A stretch of DNA of 64,000 bases from NCBI GenBank assembly GCA_001938485.1, contig MQRK01191251.1, positions 1 to 64,000 of the forward strand, written 5' to 3'. Positions 1 to 13,263 of the stretch are shown one piece after another. The notes beneath the pieces are model-generated. The model saw only the letters and a list, made by a program, of their open reading frames with translations, was not told where the DNA came from and did not search any database. Each line of letters begins with the position of its first letter. Position 1 is the first letter of the stretch. The translations under genes were made by a program, and so were the position numbers. The stretch is from Girardia tigrina (lineage: Eukaryota).

Positions 1-234
1 GCCAGTAAAAGAACTAGAAGACATCTGTTAAATAAACTTATATTTCAATACAAAAATACAAATATATATATATAAGAAAGTATTGCGTAATTACGCAATA
101 AGATCTGACCCGCCAATGGATTGGGTCAATTTCAATTACACAACACTTCTGTGCGTAATCGCTAATTCTTGTTGCGCAATTGCGGAACATATTGAATATA
201 TTCTAACTGATATCAATACACTTTAATAGTAATG

Positions 235-950
235 CAGCAAAGACGTGTTTGAGAAAGCAAAAGATTTGTTTATCAAAAAGTGGCTTACCAAAAAACAAAA
301 GATATTTATAGAATACATGAAGCAAAAGTGGTATTTATTAAGGCATCAAAACTGGTACGAAGGAGCAGCTCATAACATACCATCTCAAAACAATGCGTTA
401 GAACGCAAAATCTGGTTATAAAAAGAAAAAACATTCAGAGAAAGAATGTCATTATCTCTGTTTTTGGAACAATGTCTGGACACAGTGTCAAAATGGTCAA
501 ACCAATACGCAAAACATGATAAACAATCTAAAGAAAAATCAACTATTGAACTCTAAAAATGAACTGAAGATTATCAATGGGAAAAAAAGCTATAAAATAC
601 TTGAAAATTCAACTGATTATTATTGTCCAGCAGGTGAAGAAACCAACTCAAGTGAAAAAAATACAAAATATCAAAGAAATACGATGAAATACATTTGAAA
701 AATTTAAGAAGAGAGCTTTTGCTTTGTTGATTGTTACTCTACCAAAAAGTGATGATATATCAGCCAAATGGTTTGAAAGAAAATGTACTTGTCCAAGTTT
801 TCTCAAGTAATACATAAGCAAACATTTAATTGGATTATCAATAAGATTAAAATATGTGAAACCACCGCACACTGCAAAGGATGTTCCAATTGGTGAAAAA
901 CGTAAAAGAGACAGACCATTAACAGCAATAAAAGCATTATTAATTGATTA
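235..950 (+). pseudogene. Mutator-like (MULE) transposase C-terminal remnant with SWIM zinc finger
   Basis: Manual translation gives KDVFEKAKDLFIKKW...IEYMKQKW...NWYEGAAHNIPSQNNALE (MULE 'WYEG..PSTNNALE' block) and KCTCPSFLK*YISKHLIGLSIRLKY (decayed SWIM CxC...CxH). It has frameshifts and stops. Short ACTGATCAAA-like tandem repeats at ~1228-1325 resemble subterminal repeats. Confidence 0.8.
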
Positions 951-1696
951 ATTGTTTAATTTTTGTTATCATTTGTTTTCTTATTTCAAAATACAAAATT
1001 TTATTGAATCGTTAGGATTTTTCAGACCTCTAGAGCGCTTCTATAAACATATAGATTTAGAAAAAAATAAATATAGTTTTGTTTTATTTTTATGTAATAA
1101 TCTTCTATTAATAAATGAAAATTCAATACAACAATCAATTATTTATTTTAATTTCCTAATTTTACCAGTTTCTTTTCAATTTCATACTCACCAATTAAAA
1201 ATAATATACTAGTCAAATTTTTATTAATTACTGATCAAAAATAAATACGACTAATCAAATAATTAAAAAATACTGAGCAAATAATTTAAAAAATACTGAT
1301 CAAAGTATTAAAAATTCTGATCATTTAATATAGAGAGGAATATTATACCTTTGTGGCTAGCGAATCAGAGTGAGTTTGCATTGTTCTAGCCAGTAAAATT
1401 GGCACGTACACGAATTTTCTCGCACGCAGTATCACTCTCTCGTTCTCAGACCAAATACTGGCAACAATCAAGAAAAAAATTAAATATTGTCTTGATGAGT
1501 CATAAAATTGAAATAATTTGTTCGTTTTGAATACAATTCAAAACATACTTAAATTCATATATTTCTTTGAACTAATTTTATCTTTGATTTAATTTTTTTT
1601 ACTTTTTAGCTATTATTTAATTATTTTACAATTTAATTACATATTTTTATTTAAAGTAATTTACTTTTAATCATATTATTATTTATCTTCACATAT

Positions 1697-4483
1697 TGTT
1701 CTGTCAAGTCTCAAGGAAAATAATTTTAATCCACCGAAATAAAATTAGTCTAGAATCCCGCGGAATTGTCGCTTCGGATAAACAATGTTCTTGAATCCAC
1801 CACACGTCTCCTGTCGTTTAGGCATACAGGAAAACACTGCTTGACCAGGAGGGGATTCGATCGCCGCCATGTGTTGGGGTCCCTGTACATAAGAAGCCTT
1901 CGAATCGTGCTGGCGTTTACAGGAAGTTCTCCTCACTCTGCTGCCGCGTTCTCAAAGTCACTTTCTTCTCAACTGCTGACATTCATTACTCGCGAATTTA
2001 CAGCCTTTTGTCTTGTTCTATATCGTAGATGATTGACGTAGGTGGGGCCATCCTCACTTGACTAATGTGATACGGTCTGCCGTCAACCTTCATTTGATGG
2101 GGAAGGTTCAACTCTATAACGGTTGCTCGCCTCTATTGTCTCATACACGAGTATAGTGGTGCCAGTTTCACGAACACCTCATCTCATATTTTAAATTGGT
2201 TTGGATGTACCTCTCACCCCGCCTGGATTGCCAAACTCGAACATACTCGGAAGTAATAAACTCCGCTTCTGGGCAAAGACTGTCTGAAGGGACAAGCGTT
2301 ACAGTGACGCTCATCTTTTCTTCCTCGATGACTTGTTTGAAAAGACCTACTTTTCTCCTGAATAAAATTTCACTGAGCGCCAGGAATCTAATCAGTTTGC
2401 ACTCCAACAGTGCTCCTAAGAGCCACTGGCTGACGGTTACCGAATCTGTTAGAAATTCCAGCTTCCAGATTCCCAAATCTGACTGCTTTCTTGAGTGCTC
2501 TGTTCGCTGCGTTCAGTTCAGCCAAATTATTATGATCTTTGTCTTCCATTTGACGCTGCAAACAGGCGTCTTCCACGACCACTTCGCTTATCTTGACGCA
2601 TATGTCGACCGCAATCCAGCTTGCATCGTACCACACACGCCCCACTCAATTTATGGGACTTCCCTGTCGCCCTTGGCTGGGTCCTCTGTTTGAACTCGTT
2701 TTGCTAATTGCCTCACGATTTTGGCAATGTGGTTTTCTACGACTGTATCCCATCCGCAGTCACTAGCTAATCTTTTAATGATACTACACACCAACGTAAC
2801 CAAATACAAACTGGGTAATACTCCACTAATCGACCGGTCCAAGCAAAAATATTGAACGACCTGGTACTCCCAAAATGTTTGTCAACCTTAATTTGCAGGT
2901 AAGCCTGTCGCAGATTCACAATGACCAATTTTCGCCTCATGTGGCGAAATTTTCTCAATTTCTCCACGTACACCAGACTTTCTACAGTATCCATGGAGAT
3001 TGCTTCATTGAGCTCTCAGTAATTGAGAACTGCCCGAATTTTCTCTTTTGCCTCCTACATCCCTTCCATGAGGATCAGGGTTGGCCGGCGATGGCCTTAA
3101 AATTCTACCATCCATCCCATCGATTTCCAATCTGTGAGTTTGCCATTGACCTCTATTTCATGCAACCTGGCGGACTCGTATTCTGCAACCTGCTAAGCAT
3201 CGTCGGCAACCACCCTTCTTTCCCCTGTCACGCCACTAATCAGGATGATCCATCAAATTCTCCTGTGAAGTCCTGATCCAGGATGCAATTCGGATCCTCT
3301 CACCTTGCCATCATAGTCCCGAGGATTGCTTGAGAAGTTGAAACGCTCGCTCGTGCCACTACTGATACTATGGGCGAATTCCATTTGGATTTTCTCATTA
3401 CAGTTGTGCCAAATTTGGGTTTTTCTCCTGCAATACCGAAGCTCACACCTCTAAGCATTGTAATTGCGTCCATTGAAATTTGCTTTAAACTCGTTGTTCG
3501 CCGCAACCAGCATCTCAATGGTTGCTTTGACATATCAAAGTCCACCCAGGTCCTATGATTTACTACCACTTGACCGAGAATAGCCTGCAATATTTTGGGC
3601 GCCCGTTGGACTACGACGTATCGACCAATGCCATCACATTGCTACTCCAGACTCTGATGTCAATCACAGGGCTACTGTGTATTAGAGCTCACAGAGACTT
3701 TCCAAGCGCAGAACAGAGGGCCTGTTGATCTTTTCCCTATTTCTGATGGCGGTGTAGGCAGCCCGCGCAAAAGGGATCTGCTGCGCCGCATACAAAGTAG
3801 ACCCCAGCTTTCGAAATCGGCGATGGATTACTCCCCCATCTTTACGCCTTGCTGTCCCGTTGCAAGTGACCCCACAGGCTTAACCTGAAATATCGCTTTT
3901 GATCGGCGCGGAAACTGACCTTCGACGTTGTTACTACGATTCTGCCAACGCTCATCACCACCAGAGCTTCATCTTTTGCTCGACGTGAAGTACCGAACGT
4001 GTTTTTAGAATAAACTCACGCAATGGGGTTTTTTCTTCCCACCCTCCGACACCAAATGCTTCGACACTTCTGCCGGGAGACCCACAAAGAACGATTGTCG
4101 CAAAAACTGTTCTTGGCGCCTTTGTCGCTAGCAGATGACAGTTGCGAGTCGCCACAAAACCGACATTTAAATCTTTGGTTGAGGTTCCCGGTTTGATATT
4201 TCTCGATTGAAAGTCGTCGAACACCTCTTGTGGGTCTGATCCGTACCACTCCTTGCGGCAATACTGAGAAAAACAAAAACGACCGACTTTCCAAGAACAT
4301 CGATAGGGCCTAATTTATCGACATTATAGATAGGTGCTGCGACCTCAAACTAGCAGCACCAGGTTCTGAAATCGCTGCTTCCGTTGAATATTGCGACTGC
4401 GTCATAAATTTTCACTCAGTTGATAGCTCCGATAGTTTGTTATGTCTAGTCTCAAGAAAAATGATTTTATTCTACACAAATAA
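1697..4483 (-). mobile_element. Degenerate Ty3/Gypsy LTR retrotransposon (gag-PR-RT-RH-IN fragments, internally deleted)
   Basis: Minus-strand fragments in Gypsy order: decayed Zn knuckles (~3760-3900), protease 'MALVDTS' (~3620), RT 'KIRAVLNY*ELNE..VNLRQAYLQIKVD' (2870-3050), RNase H 'WYDASWIAV..VEDA..HNNLAELNA..LTDSVTVSQWL' (2290-2645) and integrase tail 'KVDGRPYHISQVR' (~2050-2100). 1697-1742 matches 4438-4483 (LTR end), and there is a PPT-like GAGAAGAAAG at 1961-1970. Confidence 0.8.
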
Positions 4484-5910
4484 GATCAAACAAGGATATA
4501 ATGCAATTGTCACTTCGGATAAGCAATGTTATTTAATCCACTACACATATCAATACCAATATATGAGAAAAAGGCACAGAAACAAGCATTTAAAGATATC
4601 ATTGATTGTCATTCTTCGAAGACGTCAAATAAATGTCTTGCTTTGAATCTTCATTTCAGGAGAAGAGGATTGTAATTTGAATATAAATAATAATAACGTA
4701 AATATATATAATTCGAATTTTACTCCGAACAAACTTTATCAATGTGAGGAATGTTTTTGAGGAATGTTTCATCACACAGATACAATACAATATTGTGCAT
4801 GTTTTATGTTAATTCGGAATATGCCTCTCCTGCACAGATGGATGATTGGTATTTTCTTTGATTCCTACTAATTAAAAATAATTTTATTTAATTTTAAAGT
4901 AAATAAATTTAAAATAATTTTTGAATGTATTATTTATTTTTTAATGTAATTTAAGATTTTAATATATTCATTTAATATGTTCTTTTTTATAAAAAATGTT
5001 TAGATTTAATTTTAACCAATTAGATTCTTTATAATTAATAATTTTTATTAACAGATTTTCATTTATTGAAAATAATTAGTTTGAACTCAAAAATAGATTG
5101 ATCAAGAGAGGTGTCAAATAGTGAATGCGCTTGTGATATTAATAAATGTTATAACACTCATATTGATGTTGTTAATAATCAATAAAAGACGACAGCAGAA
5201 AAAGAATTTTAATGTATCGGAGAATATTAAAGATGGGTAAAACGTTTGTAAGATTTTGAAAGCATACCAGAAAATAGTCATCTTGTTGTAATAAAGTATA
5301 ATTTCTGTCTTTTCATCTAGTAAAGTTTATAATTTTTCTATCTTACTAAATTAAAACATAAAAATTACAACATCAAAAGAATATATTACGGATTTCTAAT
5401 TTTCTTCGTATTATTTCGACACAATAGAGTAATTTGTGTCGCTTAAGACTCATTAGAATGTTTTATAAATATAACAAATGTACATATTAAAAAAATATTT
5501 TAATCAGGAAACCATAAAATGAGAATAAAAGTTCACTTTAAAATTAAATATTAAGCATCAACAAGTTCAGAGAAACGTTGCAGAAAACTTTGGAAAATAT
5601 AAAAAAAGATTAATAGTCTAATTATGCAATAATTATCTAAATAATAATATTGTCTCCTCAACGTTCTTACGGTACCCAATACCCTGGCCAAATTGATTTT
5701 CCAAGGATTCTGACATCAGAGCAAAATACATTTTTCTTTAAATTTGTATATAATTTTCTTCCCCGAAATTCGCTATTAATTTTATGGGGAATCATCAAAA
5801 AATCGATCAATTATTAAAAAAGAAATAGCTAGGGTAAAATTGATTGTCATTTCAATTTTTTGGAAATTTTAAAATTGAGCCTCATGTCAATATGTCGAAT
5901 TATTAAAATA

Positions 5911-7205
5911 TTAGGTTGGTCGAAAAATAATGGCGGTTTTGGGACACAAACTTCAAAGACGTGCAAATTCACAGAAACAAAAAGTTTATTAATCAAAGTA
6001 TGAACCGTTAGCATCAATACATTTTTGGCAACGAGAAACAAGTTGTTTTATTCCATCAGCATAAAATGCATCGGTTCTCGAAGCGACGCGAATTCTTGGA
6101 AGGCATTTTGAGCATCATTTTGGTTTTTGAAAATTTTTTCACGTAGGNNNNNNNNNNNNNNNNNNNNNNNNNNNNNNNNNNNNNNNNNNNNNNNNNNNNN
6201 NNNNNNNNNNNNNNNNNNNNNNNNNNNNNNNNNNNNNNNNNNNNNNNNNNNNNNNNNNNNNNNNNNNNNNNNNNNNNNNNNNNNNNNNNNNNNNNNNNNN
6301 NNNNNNNNNNNNNNNNNNNNNNNNNNNNNNNNNNNNNNNNNNNNNNNNNNNNNNNNNNNNNNNNNNNNNNNNNNNNNNNNNNNNNNNNNNNNNNNNNNNN
6401 NNNNNNNNNNNNNNNNNNNNNNNNNNNNNNNNNNNNNNNNNNNNNNNNNNNNNNNNNNNNNNNNNNNNNNNNNNNNNNNNNNNNNNNNNNNNNNNNNNNN
6501 NNNNNNNNNNNNNNNNNNNNNNNNNNNNNNNNNNNNNNNNNNNNNNNNNNNNNNNNNNNNNNNNNNNNNNNNNNNNNNNNNNNNNNNNNNNNNNNNNNNN
6601 NNNNNNNNNNNNNNNNNNNNNNNNNNNNNNNNNNNNNNNNNNNNNNNNNNNNNNNNNNNNNNNNNNNNNNNNNNNNNNNNNNNNNNNNNNNNNNNNNNNN
6701 NNNNNNNNNNNNNNNNNNNNNNNNNNNNNNNNNTTTAAATGATCCAGGACTGTTGAATGACTAATGCCCAACCCATCTGCAAGTTCTCTGATTGTTGTAC
6801 GGGGATCTGTTTCCACCATTGTCCTCAAATTGTCGTTGTTCACAGCAACTGAGAAAATTTCATCTCCATGAGAAAATTTTCGGAACCATCGTTGCACTGT
6901 GCGCTCAGAAGCTGTTCCCTTGCCAAACGCTTTATTGATATTGCGAGCCGTTTCTGCTGCTTTACGACCCAGTTTAAATTCGTTCAAGAAAATTGCTCGA
7001 ATTTTATTTTTTTCCATTATTAATTTATCACCGTAAATATTCTAAAAAATAACAGCAATATGTTAATAATCGCTATAGGAATATACAGTTAGGTATAAGA
7101 TTTCAAATAGTATCTAACACTAATGCATTTAAACTTATATACATATCAAAGTAGATAAACAAAGTAAAAAGCTCAAAAACCGCCATTATTTTTCGACCCA
7201 TCTAA
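5911..7205 (-). mobile_element. Full-length mariner element (1295 bp), transposase spanning an assembly gap
   Basis: 30-bp TIRs ttaggttggtcgaaaaataatggcggtttt (5911-5940) and aaaaccgccattatttttcgacccatctaa (7176-7205), with TA on both flanks. ORF starting at 7017 reads MEKNKIRAIFLNEFKLGRKAAETARNINKAFG..TVQRWFRKF (mariner HTH). Confidence 0.95.
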
Positions 7206-7261
7206 TAAATTATGTCGAATCGATTCGTTTTTTTTATTTCAACCAAAAGCATTTTAATCTA

Positions 7262-7600
7262 CCTGTTTAATTGAGTTTTGTTTTCGCAACCAAAGTGTTG
7301 ATGTGCTTTGCAATTCAAATTTCGCTCTAATTTGACGATTCATCCTGTCACAAACAAGATCCTTTAAAATTATACCGATCTACAAGCCACACGATTCATC
7401 ACACGGATACAATACAATCTCAAGCGACCGATGGAATCCTATGGGTAACTGTTTGGGTTGAGCAACTTCTAAATTATCATTTGAAATTAACAACCGTGGC
7501 TTACATAAGTAATGGCCATCACTTTAATCGGCGAGTCCATAGGGGCATGTCACCGTTTGACCTGAGCCGTTTTCATACTTAATACTGTCTGTCTCATTTA
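7262..7600 (-). pseudogene. Unidentified coding-like remnant
   Basis: One frame reads YENGSGQTVTCPYGLAD*SDGHYLCKPRLL...IVLYPCDESCGL*IGIILKDL with only two stops. It shares 23/24 nt (7395-7418) with 4768-4791. Confidence 0.3.
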
Positions 7601-8798
7601 ATAAAAGAATTAAGTCATGATTAAAAGATTTCTTTTTAATCAATGACTTACATCTTTATTATTTTTAATGAAATTTAATAAAAGCGCTTAGAAGAAATTT
7701 TATTGAAAGTGTTGGGGTTCCTTTTGGTGAACTTTAAATTTTTGATATTTTTAAATTAAAAATCATATTTATATTTTAGATAAATTAAAAATAATGTTCG
7801 ACTAATTAAAATGAAATAATTTTTTAAATAAAAAATTTAACTTTATAGATAACATTTTTACTAATTAAAACAAATAAGGTTTCATAAAAAAATTTATTTT
7901 ATTGGTAATATTTTTACTAATTAAATTGAAATAATTTTGTAAAAAATTATAGTGTAATGATAATATTTTAATTAAATTGGGACAATTTTTTATAAACTTA
8001 AGTTTTATAATAACAGCTTCGGAGTTAAAGAATATTGTATAGTTGATTTCGATATATCTTGTAACATTATTTAAAATAAAATCATAATTTTTATTGAATT
8101 TAATTGTCAATGGGAAAGTTTTATTAAAAATTAATTTATAATCGAATGATTTAAAATTAAAGAAAAAATATTTAGGAATTGAATTTTTACAGGACATGTC
8201 CATTAAAATATTTTTAAAGATCTAAATATATATTTCAATTAATAAACATTGTGAAAAATTAATAAAACAAAAACAAAATATGAATTATGCAAAATTGAAT
8301 AAAATAATATATATTTATACATCGATATTATTATTTATATTTGGAATTTTAAGATCTGGATTATGTAACTGAAATATTGTTCCTCATAAATTTGTTTGAA
8401 TAATGAAAGTTGTATTATAAATAAAGTTTGCAAATTATGACTTTGAATTTTAATCACGAACCCAATAGAAGGTATTTCGGTAATGATGTCAGTGGATTTT
8501 ACTCGTAATTTAATCCTATGGAACATATCGAAAACCCATGTCTTTCAAGACTGGTCGGATTTAACGATCAATCTTTTTCGTGAGAAACCTTGTCTCGATA
8601 TTGGACGATATTTTAAGAATATTTCAAACATACAAATGACTAACAATTTCCACGTTATTTCATTTGAAAGGAAAACAATTCTTTAGTGTCAAAACTCGAT
8701 TACATTTGTTAAAAAAATCGTCTTTTGTCGTTATTGGAGCTTTTTTTGTAAAACTCTTTATTCTTTTTTTTAATTAAACATAATTATTCATTTTTTAA

Positions 8799-9340
8799 GG
8801 GGCTGTCCATAAATGACGTCAAGCAGGAAAGAGAGGAGATGGTCAGAAATTTGTGATGAAGTGTGACGAGGGGGAGGGGTTGATTTAGGGAATGTGACGT
8901 CATATCGAAATGATGAACGTGCTTTAATACCACAAATTACAATACAAAAATGATATTATGAATCACAATTGTTGATTTTTGAAATACAGTTTGTATTTTA
9001 TGAAATACAATTATTAATTGTTAATTTTTGATAAAAAAATTTTATTTTTTTAAATACAATTTTTAATTTTAGAAATACGATTTTTATTTTATCATATACA
9101 ATTTACAATTAAGGTGTGGACAAGACATGTCACACATACTTTGCACATTAATTATGCTCCGTAACCATTCTGTTGCCCACAAGCAGGAATCGTTTATTGT
9201 TCCGCCTAAACGCATCAGGCCACAGAGGGTCGCTGCACGTCGTCAACTTGAACTAAGGGTTATAATTGCGAACGAAGAAAATGGAGCGAATCTGGATTGG
9301 ATAGACGAAGAAGACCTTAAACTGAATGGTATATTCACTC
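8799..9340 (+). mobile_element. Probable Zator-like DNA transposon remnant: left terminus plus transposase C-terminal C2H2 region
   Basis: TAA|GGGGCTGTCCATAAATGACGTCA...TGTGACGAGGGGGAGGGG terminus and ~21-bp GAAATACAATTTT repeats (8980-9105). The downstream peptide TCHTYFAH/IMLRNHSVAH...RIRPQRVAARRQLEL..LDWIDEED needs one frameshift to give C2H2 spacing. Superfamily assignment is from memory of GG termini and TWA target sites. Confidence 0.5.
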
Positions 9341-11819
9341 CACTGGATGTAGAGATTCGTGCTCTCCTTGTATATTTCATGAAAGAGCATTTCATTCGCC
9401 ATGGGAGAATGGAGAGGCATAAACTTTGTGAATTAATCTATCTAAAATATAAAGTATATTATAAAATTTTCTTATTTTGATTTTTCTTAGCGCTATAATA
9501 CTTTGACTCGACACTACTCAGTAAATATGTGTTTGATTCACTTGGGGGGAACTTACGAATAAAATAAAAAGGGTATTATTACGACGCGAACTTAAATAGA
9601 TTTAACTCAAAGGAACCCCTTCCTTACGACCTACGCCCCGACGCGCGAAAACTTTAGTGCAAATAGTCAAACTCGACTATCCTCGTCATGTGTAATTGGT
9701 CCCGAGCACGCGAAGCAAGGAGCGTGAGAAGAGTCCCCAGTATACATAAGCCGTCCAACAGTACACCTCGTGAACCACAGAGGCTCAGAGATCCCATGTC
9801 GAACAAAGCCGAGTCCACTTCCCCACTCAAATACCGTTGAAGCCACGAATCTTTAAATAAAAACATAATTAAAACGAGAACGTCCTTAATTAATTAATTA
9901 GTTTACCAAATGATTCAGAGTGAATCATGGTAATCCACCATCTGTTTTTCTCTGCGGTAGGCTCTGATTAGCTCGTAGCGACATCCTGGATAAACAAATG
10001 TCAGCCGCCACTTACGAAGCGTTCGCGGCGGTCTGAAACAGATAAGAATGAATGAAAACGACAGACAATTATACACAGAAACCCGCATAACAGTGGAGAG
10101 GGCATCCTGAGGCAACAATTTCCGCTCAATCATTCCACCAACATAATCGAGGACTGGATAGCAAATATCTAAAATAAACAACATACGCCTCTCCGAGATA
10201 ATTACTTAGAACGAACTACTGTCTTACACAACATTACAAATAATTGTAATTGTAAGGATGTGTGAATTATTATTATTATGGTTGTTAATTATTATTGAGA
10301 ATATTATTATAAACATATTATTATCATTATTAGATGTATGTGGAATGTATGCGTGATTATGATGTATGAAATTGAGTAACATGATTGAGAGTTTGATGAT
10401 ATNNNNNNNNNNNNNNNNNNNNNNNNNNNTCAATCATGTAATGCTAACCCAGCAGATCTCCCTAATCCAGTTATGCAACCGGATTGAGGTGTGCTGATAT
10501 ATAAGATATGCACATTGAATGTTTAGTTCATTATTGTATTATTTAATATATTTTCGGAAAGTATCTTGTCTTTTAACAGTAATAGTTAAACCCCCCTCTC
10601 CCGCATCCTGTCATTAGACGATTGTATATCCAAATCAAATTCATTACACAGGATGCCCGAGTGAAACGGGTCATGCGAACATCCGGAAGGGTATAAATAC
10701 CCGAGGTTGTTTCGCACAAAGCACACAATTTTATCGACAAAAATTTTCTACAGTTTATTTGACGATTACATTTTGATCTTACGATTTAACCTTATAGTGT
10801 AATTTGGCAATTCAATTTTATATTTTCGCTAACAGTTGACGCAATAACGTTAATATTCAATGCCGGAGGTACAGTATTCATCATTTGTTGGTTTATTTAA
10901 TCTTATCATTATTCTTGCTTTATTTATTCTTATTGGTTTCGATTTAAAGATTCACTTCCAGTTCGAAGAATCATCTACAAGATAGATTATGACTCAAAAA
11001 GTCAAAAAATTTTCAATACAGAAAAATCATCTCGAAGAAAAGAGTTCTCAAATAAGAAAATGCTTGTCGATGCTGCAATGCCTTTTAAGTTTGACCGGAG
11101 GAATGCTGTTCTGACAACGTTTATCCTGTTGAAAAAAGATAAATTTTATAAAATAAAATTTTTTTTGTTAAAATATGTTTTGTTTATTTTTTTAACAATG
11201 AAGATGTAATATACATACAAAATATTGAATAGATCTTTGGACAGCCTTGTACATAATTATTATTATTAAAATATAAATAATACATTAATTATCTTAATTT
11301 ATTGAATATAGGACGTATCGATTTGGTTTTCCTGTCTTGACATAAAATATTATTTATATTTAATTTCATTTTTACTAAAACAAATATGATTATTATTTGA
11401 AAATATCGTTTTATTTATTTCAATAATAACTAAAGTAAAATCTGAGTATAATGAATGAATATGTTCTCGGTTGTTCCACTAATTATTGCATGAAAGATTG
11501 ATGTAAAAGTTCTCAACAGAACATATATAACATCCCCATAATTATTTTACATCCATTAATTATATTTAATTTTAACATAACTTCCTATAATTTTCTTGGC
11601 TCTCTCAAATATTATACTTTCCCTTCAAATTAAATACAATAATTAATAACTCTTTCCAAAGAAGATAAATATCATTTTCAAAAACAATTTTGTCTATTAA
11701 TATTTAGTGGACGTATTACACTTGATGAAAAAAAGAAAATAAAATATTTAGATACATAACCGTTGAATGGGAATATTGATAATACATAAAATATGTATTG
11801 TGTAACATAATTAAGAATA

Positions 11820-11945
11820 TTAGGTTGTCAAGTATGAAATATGTAAAACTGAAGTCAAATTTTATTGATAATTTACCAATACAACATTAATTCCATTCAT
11901 AAATGAATGCATCCATATTATCGACACACTTTTGCCATTTGAGCA
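11820..11945 (-). mobile_element. Mariner 3' end fragment
   Basis: TTAGGTTGTC terminus at 11820. Minus strand encodes LKWQKCVDNM (mariner C-terminal WQKCV motif). About 30 nt are identical to 62093-62124. Confidence 0.6.
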
Positions 11946-12099
11946 TTTTGTCAAGAAAATGTAATTGCTTATGAGTCACACAAAATGAATAAGCATAAGT
12001 TAGGATATTGCATTACCAGAAATTACCAATGTTGTTCAAATTGAGAAAGAACTGGTACTCATTTGGGGCTACGTCTGGTGAGTATGAAAGATAATGCAG

Positions 12100-13214
12100 A
12101 AGTTCCAACTTCAGTTCCTGTAGTTTGGTCAAGATCTTAAGTGCAGTATGTAGTTTTGTATTGTCAGGCTTGTCAAAAACGTAATGACTACGAGATCAAA
12201 ACAAACTGTAATTAAGCAAAGCATTAACCTTCCATTTGAGTCAGTATTTCTCGATTTTTGTGGACCATTTAAACAGACATTTCAAGGAAAAAAGTATATT
12301 TTAGCTATTATAGATCACTTTAGTCAATATATTTCTTTAAATGCTGTGGCCAAACAAGATGAAAAGATAACTGCTGATATACTTCTGAATCGATGGATAT
12401 TAAAATATGGTGCACCTCGAGTAATCTATTTAGATTGTGGAAAATCGTTCCAATCGAAAGTTATGAAGGAGCTAGCAGAACTTTATAAAATTCAGATACA
12501 ATATTCAAGCCCATATCATCACAATACCAATGGGCTAATCGAAAGACAATTTAGGACAATTCGAGATTTTATATCTTCCTATTTAAAATATAAAAATGGA
12601 AAAACTTTGGTCGACTTATTACCAGAAATTAATATTCTTTAAATGCCACAACACAAAAGTCAATTGGAATGAGTCAAGCAGAAGTCGTATTCGGTTTCCC
12701 GATAAATATGTAATGGAATAATAATAAAGAGATAGAAATAAATCGTGAAGATATTTTAAATACCGTTAGACTAAATCAAACTAAAATTGTATATGATGAT
12801 AGTAAACGGGGAAACAGAGAATTTAACGTGCAAGAAAATGTTCTAGTAAAAGTTGAAAGCAGAAGTAATAAAGATGAAAACCTTTACAAGGGGACAATGA
12901 AAATTCATAAAAAGCGACGCAACAGAAGCTATGAATTACAAGATAAAAGCGGAAAATTATTGGTGAGGAATATACAGTGGTTGAAACCTTTTAAAACGAG
13001 GGGATGTGAGATATTATAAAATTAAATTTAAATTACTTAAATAAAATATTACATAATCAACAAATTTAGAATATTTCTAAATTTGTATTATATAACTATT
13101 ACGGGTTCGAGAACGGAGTTAACCTTTGACTCATTTTATTCTCTATATATCTGATGTATTTTTGTATGTAGTTTAGGTTATTAAATATATTTTAGTGCAG
13201 ATCTTGTGCCTTCT

Positions 13215-13218
<4 letters not shown>
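12100..13218 (+). mobile_element. Ty3/Gypsy integrase remnant with PPT and 3' LTR
   Basis: ORF 12184-12642 reads PFESVFLDFCGPF..YILAIIDHFSQY..YGAPRVIYLDCGKSF..SSPYHHNTNGLIERQFRTI (rve DDE), followed by a GPY/F-like tail. PPT AAAACGAGGGGA precedes an LTR at 13005-13218 with TGTGAGA...TCTAACA ends. Confidence 0.9.

Positions 13219-13260
<42 letters not shown>
13219..13260. repeat. (TA)n microsatellite; others at ~25483-25514, 26719-26751, 29112-29147, 30851-30973 (gapped) and 49665-49708
   Basis: Directly visible dinucleotide runs. Confidence 0.95.

Positions 13261-13263
<3 letters not shown>

Noticed and set aside
6127-6738. ORFs composed mostly of X (also 10224, 26905, 30818)
   Set aside because: Artefacts of N gaps.
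9563-10578. Solo LTRs (TGTAA...TTACA 9691-10228; TGTAA...TAACA 10437-10578)
   Set aside because: No TSD, PBS, PPT or second copy in the window, so left unclassified.
11238-11246. Right TIR of the Zator-like element (TGGACAGCC)
   Set aside because: Only 9 nt match, which is not enough to define the end.
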